DNA from: Pseudomonas aeruginosa
Lineage (GTDB): Bacteria; Pseudomonadota; Gammaproteobacteria; Pseudomonadales; Pseudomonadaceae
Assembly: GCF_001457615.1 (NCBI RefSeq)
Contig: NZ_LN831024.1
Location: forward strand, 2,010,001 to 2,042,000
Length of the DNA: 32,000 nt
Reading direction: 5' to 3'
Below the pieces are notes generated by a model, which saw only the letters and a program-made list of their open reading frames with translations, was not told where the DNA came from and searched no databases. Below, in pieces: positions 11,940-20,575 of the stretch. Positions within the stretch are counted from its first letter, which is position 1, and the number at the start of each line of letters is the position of its first letter. Position numbers and translations under genes: made by a program.

Positions 11940-12772
11940 TGGAAGAAATCGCCCGCGGCGCGCTGAGCAAGATGACGGCGCGCCTGGAAAGCAATGCTCC
12001 CGTGCAATACGCCTTCCGCCTCGACGACCGCGAAGTCGCGGTGAACCCGCTGATCGGCCGGCCGCTGCGCCTGGAGTACCTCGGCAGCATCTTCTGCACC
12101 CATTGCGGCCGCAAGACGAAGAAGAGTTTCAGCCAGGGCTATTGCTATCCCTGCTTCACCCGGCTGGCGCAGTGCGACAGTTGCATCGTCAGCCCGGAGA
12201 AGTGCCACTACGAGCAGGGCACCTGCCGCGAACCGGAGTGGGGCGAGCGGTTCTGCATGACCGATCACGTGGTGTACCTGGCCAACTCCTCCGGGGTAAA
12301 GGTCGGCATCACCCGCGCCAGCCAGATTCCCACCCGCTGGATCGACCAGGGCGCGCGCCAGGCGCTGCCGATCCTGCGCGTGGCCACCCGCCAGCAGTCC
12401 GGCCTGGTGGAAGACCTGCTGCGCAGCCAGGTCGCCGACCGCACCAATTGGCGGGCCATGCTCAAGGGCGAAGCCGAGCCGGTCGATCTGGCGGCAGTCC
12501 GCGAGCAGTTGTTCGACCAGTGCGCCGACGGCCTGCGCGAATTGCAGCAACGTTTCGGCCTGCAGGCGATCCAACCGGTTATCGACCTCGATCCGCTCGA
12601 GATCGCCTACCCGGTCGAGGCCTACCCGAGCAAGGTCGCCAGCCTCGACCTGGAAAAAACGCCTATCGTCGAAGGCACGCTTCGCGGTATCAAGGGCCAG
12701 TACCTGATCCTCAATACCGGGGTGATCAACATTCGCAAATACACGGCCTACCAGATCGCCGTGCATCACTGA
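11939..12772 (+). CDS. DUF2797-like Cys-rich protein, 277 aa
   Basis: ATG at 11939 overlaps the preceding TGA. Cys-rich N-terminus CTHCGRKTKKSFSQGYCYPCFTRLAQCDSC...C...C. The track ORF starts upstream at 11756, but this ATG is in frame and coupled. Confidence 0.85.
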   Translation: MEEIARGALSKMTARLESNAPVQYAFRLDDREVAVNPLIGRPLRLEYLGSIFCTHCGRKTKKSFSQGYCYPCFTRLAQCDSCIVSPEKCHYEQGTCREPEWGERFCMTDHVVYLANSSGVKVGITRASQIPTRWIDQGARQALPILRVATRQQSGLVEDLLRSQVADRTNWRAMLKGEAEPVDLAAVREQLFDQCADGLRELQQRFGLQAIQPVIDLDPLEIAYPVEAYPSKVASLDLEKTPIVEGTLRGIKGQYLILNTGVINIRKYTAYQIAVHH

Positions 12773-12790
12773 GCAGAAGGGCCACAAGCC

Positions 12791-15448
12791 ATGCGCACCG
12801 AGCAACCGAAAGTCATCCACCTCAAGGACTATCAGGCGCCGGACTACCTGATCGACGAGACCCACCTGAAGTTCGAACTGTTCGAAGACCACAGCCTGGT
12901 ACACGCCGAGTTGAAGCTGCGGCGCAACCCCGAGCGCGGCGCCGGCCTGCCGCCGCTGTTGCTGCATGGCCAGCAACTGGAGCTGCTGGCGCTCGAACTG
13001 GACGGCCAGGCGCTCGGCGCGGACGACTACCAACTGGACGACGAGCAGCTCGGGGTGCAACCGCGGCAGGCCGAATTCGTCCTCAGGAGCACGGTGCGTA
13101 TCCATCCGGAGAGCAACACCGCGCTGGAAGGCCTGTACAAGTCCGGCAAGATGTTCTGCACCCAGTGCGAGGCCGAGGGTTTCCGCAAGATCACCTATTA
13201 CCTCGACCGTCCCGACGTGATGAGTCGCTTCACCACCACCGTCAGCGCCGAACAGCAGCGCTACCCGGTGCTGCTCTCCAACGGCAACCCGGTGGCCAGC
13301 GGTTCCGAAGGCAACGGCCGGCACTGGGCGACCTGGGAAGACCCGTTCAAGAAGCCGGCCTACCTGTTCGCCCTGGTTGCCGGCGACCTCTGGTGCGTCG
13401 AGGACAGCTTCCGCACCATGAGCCAGCGCGACGTGGCGCTGCGCATCTACGTCGAGCCGGAGAACATCGACAAGGTCCAGCACGCCATGGACAGCCTGAA
13501 GAAGTCGATGCGCTGGGACGAGGAGGTCTACGGCCGCGAGTACGACCTGGACATCTTCATGATCGTCGCGGTCAACGACTTCAACATGGGCGCGATGGAG
13601 AACAAGGGCCTCAACATCTTCAACTCCAGTTGCGTCCTGGCCCGCGCCGAAACCGCCACCGACGCCGCCCACCAGCGGGTCGAGGGCGTGGTGGCGCATG
13701 AGTATTTCCACAACTGGTCGGGTAACCGGGTCACCTGCCGCGACTGGTTCCAGCTGTCGCTCAAGGAGGGCTTCACCGTATTCCGCGACTCGGAGTTCTC
13801 CGCCGACATGAACTCGCGCACGGTCAAGCGCGTCGAGGACGTCGCCTTCCTGCGCACCAACCAGTTCGCCGAGGACGCCGGGCCGATGGCGCATCCGGTG
13901 CGCCCCGACTCGTTCATCGAGATTTCCAACTTCTACACCCTGACCGTCTACGAGAAGGGCTCGGAAGTGGTGCGGATGATCCACACCCTGCTCGGCGCCG
14001 AAGGCTTCCGCAAGGGCTCGGACCTGTACTTCCAGCGCCACGACGGCCAGGCGGTGACCTGCGACGATTTCGTCAAGGCCATGGAAGACGCCAATGGCGT
14101 CGACCTGACCCAGTTCAAGCGCTGGTACAGCCAGTCCGGCACTCCGCGCCTGGCGGTGGAAGGCGAGTACGACGCCGCCGCCCGCCGCTACACCCTGACG
14201 GTGCGCCAGAGCTGCCCGCCGACTCCCGGCCAGCCGAGCAAGGAACCCTTCGTCATCCCGCTGGAGCTGGGTCTGCTCGACGGCCAGGGCCACGAACTTC
14301 CGCTGCGCCTGGAAGGCGAGGCCGTGGCCCAGGGCGGCAACCGCGTGCTGGCGGTGACCGAGGCCGAGCAGCGCTTCGTCTTCGTCGAGGTGCCGGAGCA
14401 GCCGCTGCCATCGCTGCTGCGCGGCTTCTCCGCGCCGGTGAAACTGAGCTTCCCCTACAGCCGCGACCAGTTGCTGTTCCTCATGCAGCACGACAGCGAC
14501 GGCTTCAACCGCTGGGAGGCCGGCCAACAGCTTTCGGTGCAGGTCCTGCAGGAGCTGATCGGCCAGCACCAGCGCGGCGAGCAACTGGTACTCGACCCGC
14601 GCCTGATCGAGGCCTACCGCACCCTCCTGGCGGATGAGGCGCTGGACCAGGCGATGGTCGCCGAGATGCTCTCGCTGCCCAGCGAGGCCTATCTCACCGA
14701 GATCAGCGAAGTCGCCGATGTCGACGCGATCCATGCCGCCCGCGAATTCGCCCGCCAGCGTATCGGCGAAGCGCTGTTCGAGCCGCTGTGGCAGCGTTAC
14801 CAGGCCAACCGCAAGATTTCCCGCGACACCGCCTACCTCGCCGAGGCCTCGCACATAGCCCGGCGCAGCCTGCAGAACATCGCGCTGTCCTACCTGTCGC
14901 TGTCGGGCCGGGAGGAAATCCTCGCCGCCTGCCTGGAGCAGTACGAAGGCTGCGACAACATGACCGAGCGCCTGACCGCCCTGGCGGTGCTGGTCAACTC
15001 CGGCTTCGAGGCGGAGAAGGGCAAGGCCCTGGCCATGTTCGCCGATTACTTCAAGGATGACCCGCTGGTGATGGACCAGTGGTTCAGCGTGCAGGCCGGC
15101 TCGCCGCTGCCGGGCGGGCTGGAGCGGGTCCAGGCGCTGATGCAGCACCCGGCCTTCACCCTGAAGAACCCGAACAAGGTGCGCGCGCTGATCGGCGCGT
15201 TCGCCAACCAGAACCTGGTCAACTTCCATCGTCCTGACGGCGCCGGCTATCGCTTCCTCGCCGACCAGGTGATCGTGCTCAACGCACTCAACCCGCAGAT
15301 CGCCTCGCGCCTGCTGGTGCCGCTGACCCGCTGGCGCAAGTACGACGAGGCGCGGCAGGCGCTGATGCGCGGCGAGCTGGAACGCATCCTGGCCTCCGGC
15401 GAATTGTCCAGCGACGTCTACGAAGTGGTGAGCAAGAGCCTGGCCTGA
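12791..15448 (+). CDS. pepN: Aminopeptidase N (M1 family), 885 aa
   Basis: GAMENKGLNIFNSS and zinc motif HEYFHNW...RVTCRDWFQLSLKEGFTVFRDSEF. Confidence 0.98.
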   Translation: MRTEQPKVIHLKDYQAPDYLIDETHLKFELFEDHSLVHAELKLRRNPERGAGLPPLLLHGQQLELLALELDGQALGADDYQLDDEQLGVQPRQAEFVLRSTVRIHPESNTALEGLYKSGKMFCTQCEAEGFRKITYYLDRPDVMSRFTTTVSAEQQRYPVLLSNGNPVASGSEGNGRHWATWEDPFKKPAYLFALVAGDLWCVEDSFRTMSQRDVALRIYVEPENIDKVQHAMDSLKKSMRWDEEVYGREYDLDIFMIVAVNDFNMGAMENKGLNIFNSSCVLARAETATDAAHQRVEGVVAHEYFHNWSGNRVTCRDWFQLSLKEGFTVFRDSEFSADMNSRTVKRVEDVAFLRTNQFAEDAGPMAHPVRPDSFIEISNFYTLTVYEKGSEVVRMIHTLLGAEGFRKGSDLYFQRHDGQAVTCDDFVKAMEDANGVDLTQFKRWYSQSGTPRLAVEGEYDAAARRYTLTVRQSCPPTPGQPSKEPFVIPLELGLLDGQGHELPLRLEGEAVAQGGNRVLAVTEAEQRFVFVEVPEQPLPSLLRGFSAPVKLSFPYSRDQLLFLMQHDSDGFNRWEAGQQLSVQVLQELIGQHQRGEQLVLDPRLIEAYRTLLADEALDQAMVAEMLSLPSEAYLTEISEVADVDAIHAAREFARQRIGEALFEPLWQRYQANRKISRDTAYLAEASHIARRSLQNIALSYLSLSGREEILAACLEQYEGCDNMTERLTALAVLVNSGFEAEKGKALAMFADYFKDDPLVMDQWFSVQAGSPLPGGLERVQALMQHPAFTLKNPNKVRALIGAFANQNLVNFHRPDGAGYRFLADQVIVLNALNPQIASRLLVPLTRWRKYDEARQALMRGELERILASGELSSDVYEVVSKSLA

Positions 15449-15469
15449 TCCGCCAGCTTCGCCCGGAAG

Positions 15470-15502
15470 AGGGTGTTACTGGCCACTGGCTGGTAACGCC
15501 CT
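15470..15502 (+). terminator. Strong hairpin just after pepN; possible terminator
   Basis: AGGGTGTTACTGGCC-ACT-GGCTGGTAACGCCCT: 15 paired positions including three G-T, followed by the weak T-rich TTGTTACTT. Confidence 0.5.
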
Positions 15503-15600
15503 TTGTTACTTCTGGGAATCGCTTCACTGTTTTCCATTGATGGAGTCCGCTTAATCGTGTTTCGCGAACCTCCCTGCGCAGGCTCTGCGAAGGGACTTTT

Positions 15601-15633
15601 CGCGCCACCGGCGAAATTCGCCTGGCGCGTTTT
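15601..15633 (+). terminator. Second terminator-like hairpin in the pepN downstream region
   Basis: CGCGCCA-cc-GGCGAA/TTCGCC-TGGCGCG followed by TTTTGT. Confidence 0.5.
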
Positions 15634-15735
15634 GTCGGACACTTCCTGTTTTCTGGTCAGTGAATGAACAGTCATCCCGCAGGAAGTCCTGTTTTTTTCG
15701 CAATCCATTGAATTGCCTGGAGGATTCCGTTGAAT

Positions 15736-15751
15736 TGGCATCCCGGTTGCA
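15736..15751 (+). promoter_or_regulatory. Sigma54 (RpoN) -24/-12 promoter
   Basis: TGGCAT-CCCGG-TTGCA: GG-N10-GC spacing and near-consensus bases, upstream of the 15895 ORF. Confidence 0.75.
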
Positions 15752-15894
15752 CTGCCTCGTCGCGCGGTTCCCTTTCGTCGATGCTAGGCCGGTGACGCCG
15801 CGACCACCCATAACAAGGCCGCAGAGAAACGGCCGAACGGCGAACCGCCCGCAGTGGCGGCGCCCAACGCATGACCACATGGAGTGAGTTCCCG

Positions 15895-17859
15895 ATGTAC
15901 ATCCCCAACCGCCAGCCCCGGCTGCGCTCCGCGCCGGCCCGGGCCGGCTTCGCCTTCGCCGGGCTGCTGCCGCTGCTGGGCGGCCAGGCCCAGGCCGTCG
16001 AATTCAGCTTCCTCGACAACGAGGTGTCCGGTTCGCTCGACACCACCCTGTCCTACGGCACCCTGTGGCGGGTGCAGGGGCAGGACAAGAGCAACAACGA
16101 CATCAACACCAACGACGGCAACCGCAACTTCGATACCGGCCTGGTTTCCGAGGTCTACAAGATCACCTCGGACCTGGAGGCGACCTGGCGCAACTATGGC
16201 GTGTTCATCCGCGGCACGGCGTTCTATGACACCCAGATCATGGACAAGCGCAACGACTACTACAGCCACAACGATCCATCGCAGCCGAGCCAGAGCTATC
16301 CCCACGACGACCGTTTCACCAGCCAGACCCGCGACATCGCCGGGCACAAGGCGGAAATCCTCGACGCCTACGTCTACGGCAGCTGGGACATCGGCAACAT
16401 GCCGCTGAGCGCGCGCTTCGGCCGCCAGGTGTTCAACTGGGGCGAGGGCATCTTCTACCGTGGCGGGGTCAACACCACCAACCCGGTGGACGCCGCCAAG
16501 TACCGCCTGCCCGGTTCCGAGCTCAAGGAAGTGCTGATGCCGGTGGAAGCGCTGAGCTTCAACATCGGCCTGACCGACAACCTGTCGATGGAAACCTTCT
16601 ACCAGTGGAACTGGAAGGAAACCCGCCTCGACCCGGTCGGTACCTTCTTCTCCGAGACCGACCTGTTCGCCGACGGCGGCAACACCGGCTACAGCGACTT
16701 CACCGGCACCGCGCTGGACACCCCGGTGCCCGGCTTCGGCAACGTCATCGGCCTGTACCAGGCGCTGGGCAACAATCCGCTGCTCAGCGGCGCGCTGAAG
16801 AACACCGGCCTCTATGCCAACGGCGTGACCCCGGCCTACGGCAACGTGATGAAGGTGTCGTCCATCGGCAAGGACATCAACGCGCGCAACGACGGCCAGT
16901 TCGGCGTGGCCTTCCGCTACATCGCCGAGGAACTGAACAGCACCGAGTTCGGCTTCTACTTCGTCAACTACCACTCCAAGGAGCCGACCCTGTACGCCGA
17001 CATCGGCGACTATGCCGGGGCCGACCTGGCGGCGCTGGCCAACACCCTGCGGCCGATCGCCGGCAACCTCGCCGAAGCCCTGGCCAACGGCCTGGTGACC
17101 GCCGACGTGATGGGCAACATCAATGCCCGCCGCGAGTTCGCCGAAGACATCCGCATGTATGGCTTCAGCTTCAACACCACGGTGGGCGACGCCTCGGTGT
17201 TCGGCGAGCTGGCCTATCGGCCGAACCTGCCGATCGGCATCGCCGCCACCAACGACCTGATCGGCGACCTCGCCCACGGTGCGGCGGAAGCCGCCAACGG
17301 CGGACAGATCAACGTCGGCGGGCAGATGGTCGGCCTCGGCGGGCAGATCCACAACTACGAGCGGGTCGAGGCGTTCAACACCTCCCTCGGGACCATCTAC
17401 AACTTCGGCCCGTCGCTGAGCTTCGACTCGTTGACCGGCGTCGCCGAGCTGGCCTCGGAACACCTGCGTGGCAGCAGCCTGAAGTACACCGCCTACGACG
17501 GCAGCACCCGCTACTATGCCGGGCGCGGCAACAGCTCGTACGTTTCCGGTGGCGACCGTGGCGACCAGGTGAACCGCAACGCCTACGGCTACACCCTGCT
17601 GCTCAGCGGCACCTGGAACGACGTGTTCGCCGGGGTCAACGTGTCGCCCTACGTGGTCTACAAGGACGACTTCGAAGGCAACTCCTACCAGACCGGCAAC
17701 TTCATCGAAGGTCGCAAGGCCTACACCCTGGGGATCAAGGCCACCTACCTGAACAGCCTGGAAGGCGAACTGCAGTACACCGAGTTCTACGGCGGCGGGC
17801 AGAACAACAACATCCGCGACCGCGACAACATCGGCCTGACCGTGAAGTACTCCTTCTGA
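15895..17859 (+). CDS. DUF1302-type predicted outer-membrane beta-barrel protein, 654 aa
   Basis: Signal-peptide-like N-terminus (...AGFAFAGLLPLLGGQAQAVEFSFLDNEVSGSLDTTLSYGTLWRVQG), alternating amphipathic strands, and C-terminal DRDNIGLTVKYSF ending in an aromatic residue. Good SD (GGAG). I recall the PAO1 locus being named gbt, but the sequence does not look like a methyltransferase. Confidence 0.88.
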   Translation: MYIPNRQPRLRSAPARAGFAFAGLLPLLGGQAQAVEFSFLDNEVSGSLDTTLSYGTLWRVQGQDKSNNDINTNDGNRNFDTGLVSEVYKITSDLEATWRNYGVFIRGTAFYDTQIMDKRNDYYSHNDPSQPSQSYPHDDRFTSQTRDIAGHKAEILDAYVYGSWDIGNMPLSARFGRQVFNWGEGIFYRGGVNTTNPVDAAKYRLPGSELKEVLMPVEALSFNIGLTDNLSMETFYQWNWKETRLDPVGTFFSETDLFADGGNTGYSDFTGTALDTPVPGFGNVIGLYQALGNNPLLSGALKNTGLYANGVTPAYGNVMKVSSIGKDINARNDGQFGVAFRYIAEELNSTEFGFYFVNYHSKEPTLYADIGDYAGADLAALANTLRPIAGNLAEALANGLVTADVMGNINARREFAEDIRMYGFSFNTTVGDASVFGELAYRPNLPIGIAATNDLIGDLAHGAAEAANGGQINVGGQMVGLGGQIHNYERVEAFNTSLGTIYNFGPSLSFDSLTGVAELASEHLRGSSLKYTAYDGSTRYYAGRGNSSYVSGGDRGDQVNRNAYGYTLLLSGTWNDVFAGVNVSPYVVYKDDFEGNSYQTGNFIEGRKAYTLGIKATYLNSLEGELQYTEFYGGGQNNNIRDRDNIGLTVKYSF

Positions 17860-17917
17860 CCGAACCGATAACGACACGGGCGCCGCGAGCGCCCGGCACC
17901 TCACACGGAGAACCCTC

Positions 17918-19285
17918 ATGTTGAACAAGCACCTGCTGATCGGCGCTTCCCTGGCGCTGGCACTGGGCAGCGGCGGCGCGCTGGCCGGCGTTTCCGCCGG
18001 CGAGGCGGCGCAACTGAAGTCGAGCCTCACCCCGCTGGGCGCGGAGAAGGCCGGCAACGCCGCCGGCAGCATTCCCGCCTGGACCGGCGGCATCACCCAG
18101 GCGCCGGCCGGCTACAAGCCGGGCCAGCACCACCCGGATCCGTTCGCCGCGGACAAGCCGCTGTTCACCATCGACAAGGCCAACCTGGAGCAGTACAGGG
18201 AACACCTGACCCCGGGCCAGCTGGCGCTGTTCAAGACCTACCCGGACAGCTTCCGGATGCCGGTCTACCCCAGCCGCCGTTCCGGCTCGGCGCCGCAGTG
18301 GCTGTACGACAACACCTTCGCCAATGCCACCAGCGCCAGGCTGCTGGACGGCGGCAACGGGTTCGCCGACGCCTATGGCGGGGTGCCGTTCCCGATTCCG
18401 AAGAGCGGCGTGGAGGCGCTGTGGAACCACGTCGCCCGCTACCGCGGCACCTATGTCGTGCGCCGCGCTTCGGAAGTCGCGGTACAGCGCAACGGTAGCT
18501 ATTCGCTGGTGACCTCGCAGCAGGAAGCGCTGTTCAAGTACTACCTCAAGGGCGGCAGCTTCGCCGACCTGAACAACCTGATGTTCTACTACCTGTCGTT
18601 CACCAAGAGCCCGGCGCGCCTGGCCGGCGGCGCGGTGCTGGTGCACGAGACCCTCGACCAGGTCAAGGAGCCGCGCCAGGCCTGGGGCTACAACGCCGGC
18701 CAGCGCCGTGTGCGGCGTGCGCCGAACCTTGCCTACGACACGCCGATCGCCGCCGCCGACGGCCTGCGCACCGCCGACGACACCGACATGTTCAACGGCG
18801 CGCCGGACCGCTATGACTGGAAGCTGCTGGGCAAGAAGGAAATCTACATTCCCTACAACAACTACAAGGTCAGCAGCCCCGAGGTGAAGTACGAGGAACT
18901 GCTCAAGCCGGGCCACCTCGATCCGCAATACACCCGCTACGAGCTGCACCGCGTGTGGGTGGTGGAAGGTACCCTGAAGCCGGGCGCGCGGCATATCTAC
19001 TCCAAGCGCACCCTGTACCTCGACGAGGACAGCTGGAGCGCGGCGGTGGTTGACCAGTACGACGGTCGCGGCGAACTGTGGCGGGTGTCGATGGCCTACC
19101 TGAAGAACTTCTACGACCTGCCGTACACCTGGAGCGCGCTGGACGTGTTTCACGACTTGCAGGCGCGTCGCTACCACGTGCAGAACCTGGACAACGAGGA
19201 GCCGGGTACCATCGACTTCACCCAGGCGATACCGGACGACTCCTACTTCAAGCCCTCGGCCCTGCGCCGCCGCGGCACCCGCTGA
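17918..19285 (+). CDS. DUF1329-type exported protein, 455 aa
   Basis: Signal peptide MLNKHLLIGASLALALGSGGALAG; body PAWTGGITQAPAGYKPGQHHPDPFAADKPLFTI..., VWVVEGTLKPGARHIYSKRTLYLDEDSW. Confidence 0.88.
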   Translation: MLNKHLLIGASLALALGSGGALAGVSAGEAAQLKSSLTPLGAEKAGNAAGSIPAWTGGITQAPAGYKPGQHHPDPFAADKPLFTIDKANLEQYREHLTPGQLALFKTYPDSFRMPVYPSRRSGSAPQWLYDNTFANATSARLLDGGNGFADAYGGVPFPIPKSGVEALWNHVARYRGTYVVRRASEVAVQRNGSYSLVTSQQEALFKYYLKGGSFADLNNLMFYYLSFTKSPARLAGGAVLVHETLDQVKEPRQAWGYNAGQRRVRRAPNLAYDTPIAAADGLRTADDTDMFNGAPDRYDWKLLGKKEIYIPYNNYKVSSPEVKYEELLKPGHLDPQYTRYELHRVWVVEGTLKPGARHIYSKRTLYLDEDSWSAAVVDQYDGRGELWRVSMAYLKNFYDLPYTWSALDVFHDLQARRYHVQNLDNEEPGTIDFTQAIPDDSYFKPSALRRRGTR

Positions 19286-19391
19286 TCGCTCCGCTCGCCG
19301 GCGCCGACCGCTTCCCTCCGGGGAGGAGGGCGGCGCCGATCCCCCCGTTACAGACGGCTTACACGCTTAACAAAAGATAACGTGGCTTCAA

Positions 19392-19421
19392 TTGTCTCCG
19401 TCGCCAAACGCTGGCTATATA
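19392..19421 (+). promoter_or_regulatory. Candidate sigma70 promoter for the YCF48-like gene
   Basis: TTGTCT -18 nt- TATATA. Confidence 0.45.
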
Positions 19422-19465
19422 ACGCTCACCACGAACCACTAATAACAACAACGGGGACGGTATCC

Positions 19466-20563
19466 ATGCGTGAGCCCATGACGTGGCGCACTTCGCCCGG
19501 CCAAACCGCGGACGCTTCGCGGCATCCGGCCATTCCTTCCAGATCGCCCCTGGCCAGCAGGGCCCTGTCGTTTCTCGGGGCACTTTCTCTTCTGACCTTC
19601 GCCGCCACCCCGGTCCTGGCCGAGTCGACGCCAACCGCCGCGCCGCCGCAATTCGCCGTGGAATCGCCGAAGGCCGCCAGCAGCCTGCTGCTCAGCGTCG
19701 CCCATGCCGGCAAGCGGCTGGTCGCGGTCGGCGACCGTGGGCATATCCTGCTCTCCGACGACGACGGCAAGACCTGGACCCAGGCCAAGGTGCCGACCCG
19801 CCAGTTGCTCACCTCGGTGTTCTTCGTCAACGAGCGCAAGGGCTGGGCGGTCGGGCACGATGCGCAGATCCTCGTCAGCGACGACGCCGGCAGCACCTGG
19901 ACCAGGCAGTTCGAGGACCTCGGCCGCGAAGCGCCGTTGCTGGACATCTGGTTCGCCGACGAACAGCACGGCCTGGCCGTCGGTGCCTATGGCGCGCTGC
20001 TGGAGACCCGCGACGGCGGCCAGCACTGGGAAGACGTCAGCGAGCGCCTGGACAACGAGGACCAGTTCCACCTCAACGCCATCGCCGCGGTCAAGGACAA
20101 CGGCCTGCTGGTGGTCGGCGAAGCCGGCAGCCTGTTCCGCTCGAAGGACTGGGGCGCCACCTGGGAAAAACTCGAAGGCCCCTACGAGGGCTCGCTGTTC
20201 GGCGCCATCGGTACCGCCGATGCGGGCGGCGTGCTGGTCTACGGCCTGCGCGGCCACCTGTTCCGCTCCGCCGATTTCGGCGACAGCTGGGAAGAGATAC
20301 CGCTGAAGGCGGCGTCCGGCGACCTGGAATTCGGTCTCTCCGACGGCGCGCTGCTGGCGGACGGGCGTATCGTCGTGGTCGGCCACGGCGGCAGTGTCCT
20401 CGAAAGCACCGACGGCGGGCGCAGCTTCAGCGTGTTCAACCGTCCCGACCGGCTGTCCCTGGCCGGCGTCAGCGCCACCGGCGACGGCCACCTGATCCTG
20501 GTCGGCCAGGGCGGCGTGCACCTCGCTGCGGCGAACGGTGCCGCGCTCGAACAACAACAATAA
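19466..20563 (+). CDS. YCF48/HCF136-like beta-propeller (BNR-repeat) exported protein, 365 aa
   Basis: Repeats of the type VAVGDRGHILLSDDDGKTWTQ, WAVGHDAQILVSDDAGSTWTR, LAVGAYGALLETRDGGQHWED. N-terminal hydrophobic signal ending PVLAES. The track ORF starts at 19382, but the ATG at 19466 has an SD-like GGGGACGG. Confidence 0.88.
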   Translation: MREPMTWRTSPGQTADASRHPAIPSRSPLASRALSFLGALSLLTFAATPVLAESTPTAAPPQFAVESPKAASSLLLSVAHAGKRLVAVGDRGHILLSDDDGKTWTQAKVPTRQLLTSVFFVNERKGWAVGHDAQILVSDDAGSTWTRQFEDLGREAPLLDIWFADEQHGLAVGAYGALLETRDGGQHWEDVSERLDNEDQFHLNAIAAVKDNGLLVVGEAGSLFRSKDWGATWEKLEGPYEGSLFGAIGTADAGGVLVYGLRGHLFRSADFGDSWEEIPLKAASGDLEFGLSDGALLADGRIVVVGHGGSVLESTDGGRSFSVFNRPDRLSLAGVSATGDGHLILVGQGGVHLAAANGAALEQQQ

Positions 20564-20575
20564 GGCGGGGGTCGC

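Noticed and set aside
11858-15229. 1123-aa antisense ORF over pepN
   Set aside because: GC-bias artefact; the M1 aminopeptidase motifs are all in the + frame.
15664-15711. 15-aa ORF (MNSHPAGSPVFFAIH) upstream of the sigma54 promoter
   Set aside because: No convincing SD; it contains the T-run of a structured element and lies upstream of the predicted transcription start.
15784-18096. 770-aa antisense ORF over the DUF1302-like gene
   Set aside because: GC-bias artefact opposite a well-supported exported protein gene.
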